Of a stretch of DNA of 55,122 bases, positions 41,870 through 50,386 are shown in pieces; position 1 is the first letter of the stretch, and each line of letters opens with the position of its first letter. The notes under the pieces were generated by a model that saw nothing but the letters and a program-made list of their open reading frames with translations, had not been told where the DNA came from and did not search any database. Source of the stretch: a virus (lineage: Duplodnaviria > Caudoviricetes). Both the position numbers and the translations under genes were made by a program. The stretch is from positions 1-55,122 of the IMG/VR virus record IMGVR_UViG_3300048800_000064. The stretch is one strand, 5' to 3'.

Positions 41870-43698
41870 CGCTGAGCCAAAATGACCCGCGCTGGCGGGG
41901 CAAGCGCCTGGGTGGCGGCCCAGACACCATCGGTGCGGACGGTTGCTTCCTGACCAGCTTCGCGCAGCTGATGACATGGGCTGGCCATGCGATCGACCCG
42001 GGACAGCTCGACGACCAGATCCACTTCTCCGGCGGCGAGCTGCTGGGCGATTCCGCTCTGCAGGATCTCCACCCCGACCTGTGGAAGCTAGAGGAGATCT
42101 ACCACTGTGAGTCGATCCCGTGCGACCAGAACAAGCTCAACAATGACGACCCCAACCTCTACGTGATCGTCGAGCTTTCCGGAGGGTCGTTGGGCAGAGG
42201 CACCCACTTCTCGCCGATCGTCGACTGGCACGCCGTCACGATCGCCGACACTTGGGTGGGTCAGGTCCGGCCAGTCTCGGTCTGGGGCGCGCCTTGGCAG
42301 AGGCTAATCCAGAAGGTTCTCCGCTACCGATACATCGGCGCCGGCGCGGCACCAGCCCCTGCACCGACGCCCGCCCCAGCGCCGACTCCAGCCCCAGCGC
42401 CGACTCCAGCCGCCACATTCGCCGGCGTGGTGGCTGCAGGAGGGGTCCGCGTCCGTCACCTCCCGGGGACCGACCAGCCGATCATCCTCCAGCCCGGGCC
42501 CGGAGACCCGCAGGTTGTCAACGGTGGCATCGGCCTAACCTTCGATGCCTGGTGTCATCACACACCGAAGGGCGGGGACGACAGCGTCGTGCTCGACACC
42601 TCTTACAACCCGCCGCGCGCTGACGATCGATGGTTCCGGACCAGCCCCGGAGGTCACTGGCTAGCCTCAGCGGGAATCAACTATGCCAACGGAGCCGATC
42701 CGCCAGCGAACCTGCTCATCGGTGACCCCGCGGGCGCCACGCCGCCGGCGCCGCTGCCAGCACCGGCACCTGGACCCAAGCCAACCACGGTCCCCTTCAC
42801 CGGCGACGTCGACGCGCCCAAGGGCGTGCTCTGCTGGGAGTGGACCGACCAGGCCGACTACGGCAAGCTGAAGGGTCTCGGCTACAAGGGGGCCCTCATC
42901 CGGGCGGCCAACGGTGCCGGTGGCAGCACCGACGCGGCGCAGTATCAGGCTTGGGTCGCGCGCGCGCCGCTGGCCCGCGCGGCCGGCCTCAAGGCGTATG
43001 CCTGGGCCTTCTGGTACGGCGAGGGAGACGCCGGCTACACCGAGGCAGATCCCGCCGCCTACCTGATGACCTGCGTCGACAACCTTCTGTCGAGGCCGAT
43101 TGATACCGACGCCTTCTTCATCGACTACGAGAGCCGGGACGACACCGGGTTGGCTGCCGCGCTCCAGGCGCTGCGTGACCGTTCGGGCAAGGCCGTCTTC
43201 CTCTGTCCACCAGGGGATCCCGTGGAGTACGGGCTCAAGTGGAACCTCAAGGCGATCGACGCCGCGGTCGATGGCTGGTGCCCCCAGGTCTACACCAGCG
43301 CCTGGCTGACGATCTCCTTCCAGCAGGCGCTGGCTGAGTGGAGCGCGGAGAACGATCCCAACGTCTACCGCGAGCCCCGCGTCTTCCCCGTGTCGGACGA
43401 GCCGGATCCCGCCAAAGCGGCGCAATGGGCGCAGCAGGCGATGATCGATGGCCTCACGGGGTGGAGCGTGTGGCGGGCCGGAACTGTGGGCGATGCGGCG
43501 CTGGCGGCATACGCGCACTCCACGCCGGCGCCGACGCCAGTCCCCGTGCCCTCCCCGGGGCCAAGCCCGGCGCCGCTGCCAGCGCCGTCACCCACTCCAA
43601 CTCCAGCCCCTGACCCTGTTCCGACCCCACCACCTGGCGCGCTCAGCTGGCTGCAGCTGCTCGTCAACTGGCTCGTCCGCCTCTTCGGGCGGAAGTAA
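41866..43698 (+). CDS. Modular endolysin: C39-like peptidase, SH3-like domain, GH25-like glycosidase
   Basis: SQNDPRW..TIGADGCFLTS..THF; PA linkers; GLKAYAWAFWY, FFIDYE, PQVY; C-terminal amphipathic helix. Confidence 0.85.
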   Translation: MTLSQNDPRWRGKRLGGGPDTIGADGCFLTSFAQLMTWAGHAIDPGQLDDQIHFSGGELLGDSALQDLHPDLWKLEEIYHCESIPCDQNKLNNDDPNLYVIVELSGGSLGRGTHFSPIVDWHAVTIADTWVGQVRPVSVWGAPWQRLIQKVLRYRYIGAGAAPAPAPTPAPAPTPAPAPTPAATFAGVVAAGGVRVRHLPGTDQPIILQPGPGDPQVVNGGIGLTFDAWCHHTPKGGDDSVVLDTSYNPPRADDRWFRTSPGGHWLASAGINYANGADPPANLLIGDPAGATPPAPLPAPAPGPKPTTVPFTGDVDAPKGVLCWEWTDQADYGKLKGLGYKGALIRAANGAGGSTDAAQYQAWVARAPLARAAGLKAYAWAFWYGEGDAGYTEADPAAYLMTCVDNLLSRPIDTDAFFIDYESRDDTGLAAALQALRDRSGKAVFLCPPGDPVEYGLKWNLKAIDAAVDGWCPQVYTSAWLTISFQQALAEWSAENDPNVYREPRVFPVSDEPDPAKAAQWAQQAMIDGLTGWSVWRAGTVGDAALAAYAHSTPAPTPVPVPSPGPSPAPLPAPSPTPTPAPDPVPTPPPGALSWLQLLVNWLVRLFGRK

Positions 43699-43708
43699 GG
43701 AGGACCCC

Positions 43709-44062
43709 GTGAAACTCGATGTCCAAGTGCTTTATCCGCTGCTGGTGATCATCGCCCTGCTCACCGTCGACGTGTTGCTCCAGGCCGCCTATGAGTTGAA
43801 GAACGGCAACTTCAGCTTCCAGGTCTTCCCACGCACGATTGCGACCAACGTGGGACCTTACGTCCTGGGCCTGCTGGCGATCGCGACGCCTGGGCTTCTG
43901 TCAGGCAGCACGCTGCTCGACGTCTTCGGGGGGAAGGTCGCCCTCGCCTCGGTATTCAACACGATCTTCGACGGCTTCGCGGTCGCCTACATGCCCAAAC
44001 TGGTGGCCGACATCACCGCGAAGACATCGCAGCTGGTGGGCGGGGCCAAGCCCACAGGATAG
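43709..44062 (+). CDS. Holin
   Basis: AAGGAGG SD; about three TM segments; directly after the endolysin. Confidence 0.7.
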   Translation: MKLDVQVLYPLLVIIALLTVDVLLQAAYELKNGNFSFQVFPRTIATNVGPYVLGLLAIATPGLLSGSTLLDVFGGKVALASVFNTIFDGFAVAYMPKLVADITAKTSQLVGGAKPTG

Positions 44063-44070
44063 GGCGTCTG

Positions 44071-44886
44071 ATGTCGATGCGACGCCGGGCGGTCCTCGCT
44101 GCTCTTTCGCTGGCGCTCCTTGCGCTGGTTGGTTTCACCGCGGTCCCCGCTGCCGCAGCGACAGTGGTCGTTTGCTCGAATCACGCCGCCCATGACACCA
44201 GCGCGCTCAAGGCGGCGATCTCACTCGGGGGCACCGTTCAGGTATCGGCGGGAACCTGCGCGCTCAACGACCGCCTCCTGATACGCAGGGCCGTCGTGGT
44301 GCAGGGCGCAGGGGCCAATCAAACCCTCCTCGTCCAGCACGCCGCCCAGGTCGTCTTCCAGATCACCGCTCCCGGCGTAACCATCGCCGCCATGAACCTC
44401 GACGTGGCCACCCGCAACCCCGGCCTTCCGCCGGACCAAGCGCCACCCGCGGTACTCTCCGGGCACAGTCACACCACCCTGCGCGACCTGACCGTCGAGG
44501 CCGGGACGGGATTCGGTATAAGGGTCGTCGGACCGGCCCCGTGCGACAGCTTCCTGACAACGGGGACTGTGGTTTCCAACGTCAACATCACCAGCCACGG
44601 TAGAGGCGGCTTCGCGTCACTGGACATCTCCTGCACGAACGGGGCGACGCTCACCAACGTCACCATCAACGGCAACTACATCGCCCTCTACCACGTCGAG
44701 AACGTCACCCTGCGCAACGAGGTGTTCGTGCCGGATGCGAAGCCCTGCCAGGCGCCGGCGTACATCACCGGCCCCGCGCGCAACATCAGCATCGACCAGG
44801 TGACGGGCGGTGGTCACATCATCCAGAAGGGGTGGCCGCTCACGAATATCACCATCACGAATGACAGGGGCGCCCCTGGCTGCTGA
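44071..44886 (+). CDS. Secreted pectin-lyase-like beta-helix protein
   Basis: Signal peptide MRRRAVL..AAAA; DTSALKAAI..GGTVQVSAGT..GAGANQTLL. Confidence 0.75.
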   Translation: MSMRRRAVLAALSLALLALVGFTAVPAAAATVVVCSNHAAHDTSALKAAISLGGTVQVSAGTCALNDRLLIRRAVVVQGAGANQTLLVQHAAQVVFQITAPGVTIAAMNLDVATRNPGLPPDQAPPAVLSGHSHTTLRDLTVEAGTGFGIRVVGPAPCDSFLTTGTVVSNVNITSHGRGGFASLDISCTNGATLTNVTINGNYIALYHVENVTLRNEVFVPDAKPCQAPAYITGPARNISIDQVTGGGHIIQKGWPLTNITITNDRGAPGC

Positions 44887-44927
44887 CGGGGGCTCGCAGC
44901 TGGTGGGCGGAGGCCTTAGGGCTGGCG

Positions 44928-45491
44928 TCAGCCCTTCACGTCAATGTGCCAGCTCCCTTCGCTTATTATCTCGAGGAAATACGTGCCGCCCTTGTGGTAG
45001 TGCTGCGTATCCTCTCCCTTCAGTCCCGATTGGCTGACACCCTGGTTGTCGAATTGGACTGAGCCATCGCCGTTCTTGATCGTCACGATGAAGTTGCACG
45101 CTTGACCAAAGGCCGCGCAGTCGTAGGTGTAGTGCAGGTCCCAGTCGCCGCCAGCCGTGAACTTCTGGGTGGATTTGGTGCCGGTGCCGTCCAGGGTGAG
45201 CAGCTGGGCTGCGGCTGCAGGAGCCTTGGACGCCCCAGCCGCGGGCGACTTGTCGGCGACGGCGGGAGTGCTGGTGCTCTTCTTTCCAGCGCCGCCCGCA
45301 ACGGCGATGATCACAATCAGGACGATGAGGCCCAGGCACCCAACACCCAGGTTGCGGACCATGTGCCCGCTCTTGGGCGCCGGCGGCTTGGCTAAGTTTG
45401 GGTTGGGAGCCCACTGGCTTCCGTCCCAGACGTATTGGCCATCAGGGGAAACGGTTCCCGGGGCGCTCGGTGGCGGCTGTTGCTGACTCAA
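44928..45491 (-). CDS. Membrane-anchored surface protein (moron)
   Basis: AGGAGG SD, TTG start, TAAGAT -10; SPDGQYVWDGSQW, one TM, extracellular beta domain. Confidence 0.85.
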   Translation of the reverse strand: MSQQQPPPSAPGTVSPDGQYVWDGSQWAPNPNLAKPPAPKSGHMVRNLGVGCLGLIVLIVIIAVAGGAGKKSTSTPAVADKSPAAGASKAPAAAAQLLTLDGTGTKSTQKFTAGGDWDLHYTYDCAAFGQACNFIVTIKNGDGSVQFDNQGVSQSGLKGEDTQHYHKGGTYFLEIISEGSWHIDVKG

Positions 45492-45547
45492 AATTCTCCT
45501 CCTATCCTCTGGCGCATCTTAGCTGGTGGGGGCCTGGTCGCGGGATC

Positions 45548-46420
45548 TCAGGCCGTCCGGCCGATGCGGCTGAGATGCTCGTCGAGCGCGACAATAGCGT
45601 TGCGGGCCGCCTCGTCGTCGTCGCTCAGGTAGAGTTGGGTGGTGGCCAGCGACGAGTGCCGCATCAGCCGCCGCAGGGTGTTGATGTCCGTTTGGCTCTG
45701 CCCGCGCAGGATCAGGTTGGCGTAGGAGTGGCGGAGCATATGGGGGACCACTCCTTTTAATGCATCTCCGGACACCCGCTTCCACGCCTTCGAGATGGCG
45801 CGGGTGGAGAGCTTGCCGTTGGGTCCGGTGAAGGCCCAGCCGCCGTCGATGCCAAAGGCCTCGAAGTACAAAGCCAGGGTGTCGGCTGTCGTCTGCCCCA
45901 TCGGCAGCCAGGCGTCGGTGCCGCCCTTGCCCTGGCGGGCGCGGATGCGCCTACCGGCCACATCCACGTCCAGGAAATGCAGGTTGGTCACGTCCTCCAG
46001 CCGGAACCCCTGGAAGAGCAGCAGCATGATCTCGGCCTTGTCCTTGATCCGCGCAGAGCGCAGGCGAAGGGTCAGCATCTCAAGCTCCGTCTCGGTGAGT
46101 GCCCGCCGCCTAGCCTGCGACTTGGGCGGCGGTGACATCTGCCGGAACGGCGATACGGGGCCCCCATGTCCCTCCCACCAGCGGAAGAACAAGGACAGCA
46201 CCACGAAGTTCGAGCGGCGGACATGGACTGAGGCGTGGGGTCCGAGCCGCAGCGACAGGCAGTCCCGCATGTCCTCCGGCTCGAACTCGTGCGGCAGGGC
46301 TCGGAAGGTGACCGTCAGGATCGAGCGGTACGTGCGGATGGTGTTGGGCGAAAGGCCCCGGAGGTCCCTTTGCTCACGCAGCCACTCAGCCCCGACCCTG
46401 GCCAGCTCAGTCTTTAACAT
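45548..46420 (-). CDS. int: Tyrosine integrase lacking an arm-binding domain (alternative start 46441)
   Basis: GFRLEDV, QGKGG, HMLRHSYA, LMRHSSLATTQLY. Confidence 0.92.
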   Translation of the reverse strand: MLKTELARVGAEWLREQRDLRGLSPNTIRTYRSILTVTFRALPHEFEPEDMRDCLSLRLGPHASVHVRRSNFVVLSLFFRWWEGHGGPVSPFRQMSPPPKSQARRRALTETELEMLTLRLRSARIKDKAEIMLLLFQGFRLEDVTNLHFLDVDVAGRRIRARQGKGGTDAWLPMGQTTADTLALYFEAFGIDGGWAFTGPNGKLSTRAISKAWKRVSGDALKGVVPHMLRHSYANLILRGQSQTDINTLRRLMRHSSLATTQLYLSDDDEAARNAIVALDEHLSRIGRTA

Positions 46421-46496
46421 TTCTTTCACCCTAACCGCCACGCCGCAAGGCCGGGGGCTTCAGTCCGGTGACGCGCCCGTGATGTTATTGACACGA

Positions 46497-47054
46497 CTAC
46501 GCGACGGCGGCCCACTCCGGGTCTGAGTTCAAGCCATCGAGAATTCGGGGGTACCAGTTGGTAGAGCAGCGGTCTGAAGAACCGCGTGTCGGCGGTTCGA
46601 TTCCGTCTCTCGGCACCATCTCCCCGAACCACGGTTCGTCGTAGTCGTGCAGTTTGCGGATCTTCGGGAGAGGCGAACGGCTGGCGCCTCGGCTGGCCTT
46701 GGTCCGGACGTAGCGCTGGCGATGGCTCTTGAGATGCTGCAATAGGGTGTTGGCGGCGATAATCCGGTCGGCGGTCGTGGGCAGGCTGGCCAAGTCGCTG
46801 GCCAGCTCGCGCTCCAGCTGCGCGGCGAAGGCCTCGGTATCCAGGTGGTACAGCGCGACCAAGCGGTAGGCGTCCTCGACCAGCGGACGGACGTTGGACT
46901 CCAGCGTCGACACGTTGGCGGCGGTCACCTTGCCGCCGGTGGCCATGGCCACGTCATGGGTTCTGTCCTTGCCCCTAGAGGCCCGGAGCGCCTCGCCCAG
47001 GGTACGGTAGCGGGGGGACCCGAGGTCTAGGATGTTCTCGGAGTCGGTTGCCAT
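46497..47054 (-). CDS. Immunity repressor (XRE HTH) whose 3' end spans attP
   Basis: TLGEALRASR..THDVAMAT..TAANVSTLESNVRP; GGAGG SD; divergent from cro. Confidence 0.8.
   Translation of the reverse strand: MATDSENILDLGSPRYRTLGEALRASRGKDRTHDVAMATGGKVTAANVSTLESNVRPLVEDAYRLVALYHLDTEAFAAQLERELASDLASLPTTADRIIAANTLLQHLKSHRQRYVRTKASRGASRSPLPKIRKLHDYDEPWFGEMVPRDGIEPPTRGSSDRCSTNWYPRILDGLNSDPEWAAVA
46555..46618 (+). other. attP common core: 3' 64 nt of a tRNA-Phe(GAA)
   Basis: CAGTTGGTAGAGC-AGCGGTCTGAAGAACCGC-..GGTTCGATTCC-GTCTCTCGGCACCA; 5' acceptor and D-stem strands missing; next to int. Confidence 0.9.
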
Positions 47055-47070
47055 AGGGCCTCCGTCTTAG

Positions 47071-47216
47071 ACGAATACGTTGTCAACGCGCGTTATCGTC
47101 GCACATCTTCGTATTCACCGCAACCACTAACCACACGTAATCGTTCCTAAGTCCTGCGTCTGACGCGGGTTCTCAGAACCGCTTGACTTCCACGTATCCG
47201 TGTGCGACGATTCCGT
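47071..47216. promoter_or_regulatory. Immunity region: ACG-N4-CGT operators and sigma70-type rightward promoter
   Basis: Operators at 47071, 47090 (GCG variant), 47135, 47192, 47207; TTGACT(47183)-N17-GACGAT-N6-ATG. Confidence 0.7.
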
Positions 47217-47217
47217 C

Positions 47218-47475
47218 ATGCCCAAAACGTCGCCGACCAAACTGGCTATCCAGCGCCACCGCGAGCAGAGAGGGATCTCAATGCAGGACGCCGCTGATGG
47301 CGCGGGTGTCGACGTGAACACCTGGCGGCGGTGGGAGAGGGGAGAGCTGATCCCTCGCGCCGACCTGCTCTTCGCGATTGCTCGAACGTTGGGCGTTTCA
47401 TCTGAGGCACTCAACGACTGGCCAGTAAAGCCACGACAGGGCCACCGCAAGCTCCCCGTCGCTGAGGTCGCATGA
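47218..47475 (+). CDS. Cro-like XRE HTH regulator (leaderless)
   Basis: REQRGISMQDAADGAGVDVNTWRRWERGELIP. Confidence 0.9.
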   Translation: MPKTSPTKLAIQRHREQRGISMQDAADGAGVDVNTWRRWERGELIPRADLLFAIARTLGVSSEALNDWPVKPRQGHRKLPVAEVA

Positions 47476-47846
47476 CCACAAAACGTGAGGCTCCGGATCT
47501 GACCCGGAGCCCCGAGAGGCCTGTAGCGCCTCGAAGGAGAAGTATGGCATTGGCAGTACCAATTCGGGAGCGGCTCGGAGTCCAAGGCCGCATCGCCGGC
47601 CACGGCCTGACGGTGGCTCGCACTGAGCGCCCGGACGGCTTCGTCCTCTACGAGGGCTCTTGCAGCTGCGGTCGGTGGAGCGACCGCTCCCTCTTCCGCA
47701 AGCTGGTCAGTGACGCCTACGCCCGGCACCTGGTCGACACGAAGCGTGACCCCGAAGGCAAGCACGACGCGATCCGGGGGCAGCTGCGGGCGGTGCGCGG
47801 TCCGCTGGCTCCCTCGACCGCTGGCGACCCGAAGGACCCGGCATGA
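47472..47846 (+). CDS. Hypothetical Zn-finger protein
   Basis: GHGLTV..CSCGRWS..HL. Confidence 0.6.
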   Translation: MTTKREAPDLTRSPERPVAPRRRSMALAVPIRERLGVQGRIAGHGLTVARTERPDGFVLYEGSCSCGRWSDRSLFRKLVSDAYARHLVDTKRDPEGKHDAIRGQLRAVRGPLAPSTAGDPKDPA

Positions 47847-48403
47847 GCACCCTCGTAGCTGCACAGCGGGAGTACGTCAACGGGCTCCGGTCCCTCGCCC
47901 GGTTTGTCAACGGCCATCGCAACATCCTCGAGTCGTATGAGGCGGCTGAAGGGCAGACCTTCAACCTCTATCCCGGGACCGCCGAGAAGATGGCCGAGTG
48001 GACCCGGGTGCTCCTTGACGGCGCACCGCTAGGGGCTGTCCGGAAGGAAGTCGACGACCACGGGATGACCATCACCCGGCGGTTCGGCCCGCACCAGCTG
48101 AGCCTCTTCGTTGCCCGCGATCGCGTCTGCAAAAAGATCGAGGTCGGCACCCGAGTCGTGACCAAGCCTGACCCGGAAGCGCTCGCCGCCGTGCCCTCTG
48201 TCGAGGTCAGCGAGACGGTCTTTGAATGGGAGTGCGCGCCCGTTCTTGCTACGGTCTTTGAAGTCCGCTGCCGGAAGTGTCAGACCGTGATCGGCCACTG
48301 GCTGTGGAAGCGATCTGGCCCTGCCACCGGGAGGCTGGAGTACAACGCCAACGCGGCTGACGACCGCACCTGCAAGAAGTGCGCCAAGGCGGTGCAGCCG
48401 TGA
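47843..48403 (+). CDS. Conserved phage hypothetical protein
   Basis: RDRVCKKIEVGTRVVTKPDP..EWECAP; C-terminal CxxC pairs. Confidence 0.75.
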   Translation: MSTLVAAQREYVNGLRSLARFVNGHRNILESYEAAEGQTFNLYPGTAEKMAEWTRVLLDGAPLGAVRKEVDDHGMTITRRFGPHQLSLFVARDRVCKKIEVGTRVVTKPDPEALAAVPSVEVSETVFEWECAPVLATVFEVRCRKCQTVIGHWLWKRSGPATGRLEYNANAADDRTCKKCAKAVQP

Positions 48404-48615
48404 AGCGGTCGCCCATCATCGCCGAGCAGCGGGTGCGTCCCCGCATCCTGGAAGTTTTGCTGGTCGACCTGCCGCGCGACATCGCCTACTACATCACCTC
48501 TGAGGGCCGGGAGGGCGGAGAGCGTCTTATGCCCTTCGCCGCCGCGGCCATCGTTGCGTTGGGGCTGTTCATCGTGGGCGCCCAGCTCGTGCTCCGGTTC
48601 GGGGGGCTGCACTGA
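48400..48615 (+). CDS. Small membrane protein
   Basis: Coupled ORF with a C-terminal TM segment. Confidence 0.55.
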   Translation: MKRSPIIAEQRVRPRILEVLLVDLPRDIAYYITSEGREGGERLMPFAAAAIVALGLFIVGAQLVLRFGGLH

Positions 48616-49937
48616 TGCCTATCGCTGGACTTTCAGAGCAGCGTCGGTTGCCGCGGGTCATGAAGATCCGCCTCGGCATCAAGACCAGGAACGCGCAGAA
48701 CGTCGAGTTCCCGAAGGAGGTCGACTACTTCTGCCTAAACAAGGAGGACTTCGCCTCCCCGGACATCTTCGCGGAGGTCAACGCGGCCTACGGCCAGCAG
48801 CCCAAGCAACTCAAGATGCTGCTGCCGTTCGAGGTCGACGCCATCAGCCCGATCGATGGCGACGAGTTGGTCTACAACCAATACAACCGCGCGTACGGCG
48901 CCGGCCACGGCTTGCGCTGCAAGGGATCGGGCGGATCCGCCAATCAACCCGGCACCGCGGAGACCAGCGACGTCGAGTGGGCCAAGCGCATCGGCCAAGA
49001 GACCGGGGTCCGTCCAACGAGGCTCCCCGGCGGGCGCCTCCAGGTCCAGTGCCTCGGCCGAGACTGCTGTAAATACGCAGCCCCTGGCCACGATGGAAAG
49101 GACGCGCCCGGCGGCGCGGCAGCGTGCAAGCAGATGCTGGTGTTCCGGGCCTTCCTGCTCCATCCCACCGACGACCCTATGAGCCCCGACTACTGCCGCC
49201 CCTTCGGCATCGCGGAGCTGGCGTCGAGCTCGTACAACACCATGGTCGACATCCGCTCGGGGCTAGAGATGCTCAAACCCTTCGCCAAGCGCACGGCCGC
49301 CGTTCCCTTCTGGCTGGTGCGGCACCCTCGCACGACCAACCACGACGGCAAGCGGCAGGTGCACTACACCTGCATGGTCATCTGGTCGGCCAAGGAGGTC
49401 CAGGCTGCGGGTCTGACCAGCCCCTCCGAGGTCTTCCTGCCGGCGGCGCTGCGCAAGGAGCTCAAGGCGCTGGGCGAGCCGGACTTCGATTCCGTGCGAG
49501 ACCTGCTGCCCGCAACCAACGGCTACCTGGAGGCGCCAGCCGTCGAGGCGCCGGCGCCCGACGTGCCCGGCGCTACGGCGTCTGACCGCGATGAGGTGGT
49601 GGCTGCCGCTGCTGCCGACGCTGCTGCCGACCCGGATGGCACCGAGCCGCTGCCAGCGGTCGACGAGGCCGCGGAGCAGCGGCAGCTGACTCAGGCCGAA
49701 CGCGACGAACTCAAGGCGCTGTGCGGCGGTCGTACCGATCCCGAGGATGCCAAGTCCCCCTTCAAGCCGGAGGCGATCGCCAAGCTCCAGGAGATGGTGC
49801 GGCACGCCTCCGCAGCGCTCGGCACCGAGCCGGCGGATGGCCAGTACCTGCTGAGCAGCCTGCAGGTCAGGCACAAGCGGTGGATTGTCGATCAGCTCGC
49901 AGCGGAAGGCGTGGCGGTTCAAGAGGCAATGGTGTGA
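48615..49937 (+). CDS. Gp3-like / recombination-directionality-factor-like protein
   Basis: RRLPRVMKIRLG..FPKEVDYF, LRCKGSG, SSSYN; sits beside the exonuclease. Confidence 0.7.
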   Translation: MPIAGLSEQRRLPRVMKIRLGIKTRNAQNVEFPKEVDYFCLNKEDFASPDIFAEVNAAYGQQPKQLKMLLPFEVDAISPIDGDELVYNQYNRAYGAGHGLRCKGSGGSANQPGTAETSDVEWAKRIGQETGVRPTRLPGGRLQVQCLGRDCCKYAAPGHDGKDAPGGAAACKQMLVFRAFLLHPTDDPMSPDYCRPFGIAELASSSYNTMVDIRSGLEMLKPFAKRTAAVPFWLVRHPRTTNHDGKRQVHYTCMVIWSAKEVQAAGLTSPSEVFLPAALRKELKALGEPDFDSVRDLLPATNGYLEAPAVEAPAPDVPGATASDRDEVVAAAAADAAADPDGTEPLPAVDEAAEQRQLTQAERDELKALCGGRTDPEDAKSPFKPEAIAKLQEMVRHASAALGTEPADGQYLLSSLQVRHKRWIVDQLAAEGVAVQEAMV

Positions 49938-50386
49938 CGGCGGTTGCCACGGTCGAGCTCGCTCCAACGGCTGCCGATATCGAGCGGCTCTTCCGGATGG
50001 TCCAGAAGACCGAGGAGTGCTGGCTCTTCATGGGCTCGACGAACAACCGGGGTTATGGACAGTTCCGCCTTGACGGTTCGCCGCGGCTCGCCCATCGGGT
50101 GGTCTACACGTTCTTTCGTGGCCCAATCCCGGCCGAGTTGACCCTCGACCACCTCTGCGGCGTTCGCCGTTGCGTCCGTCCCCCGCACCTGGAGGCTGTG
50201 ACCCTCAAGGTCAACCTCCTCCGATCGACAAATCTAGTGGCGGAGAACAGCCGCAAGACCCGTTGTCCAGCTGGCCACCCTTACGACGAAGCCAACACCT
50301 GCTACAGCAGGGGTGGCCGCTACTGCCGGGCATGCGCGCGCGCGAAGATGCGCCGGCGGGCTTCCGCTGCGAGGGCCTACGCATGA
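49934..50386 (+). CDS. HNH homing endonuclease
   Basis: CWLFMG..GYG..AHRVVY..DHLCGVRRCVRPPHLEAVT..N; CPAGH..CRAC. Confidence 0.9.
   Translation: MTAVATVELAPTAADIERLFRMVQKTEECWLFMGSTNNRGYGQFRLDGSPRLAHRVVYTFFRGPIPAELTLDHLCGVRRCVRPPHLEAVTLKVNLLRSTNLVAENSRKTRCPAGHPYDEANTCYSRGGRYCRACARAKMRRRASAARAYA

Noticed and set aside
46543-46618. Functional phage tRNA-Phe gene
   Set aside because: The 5' acceptor strand and D-stem strand do not pair properly; it is better explained as an attP core
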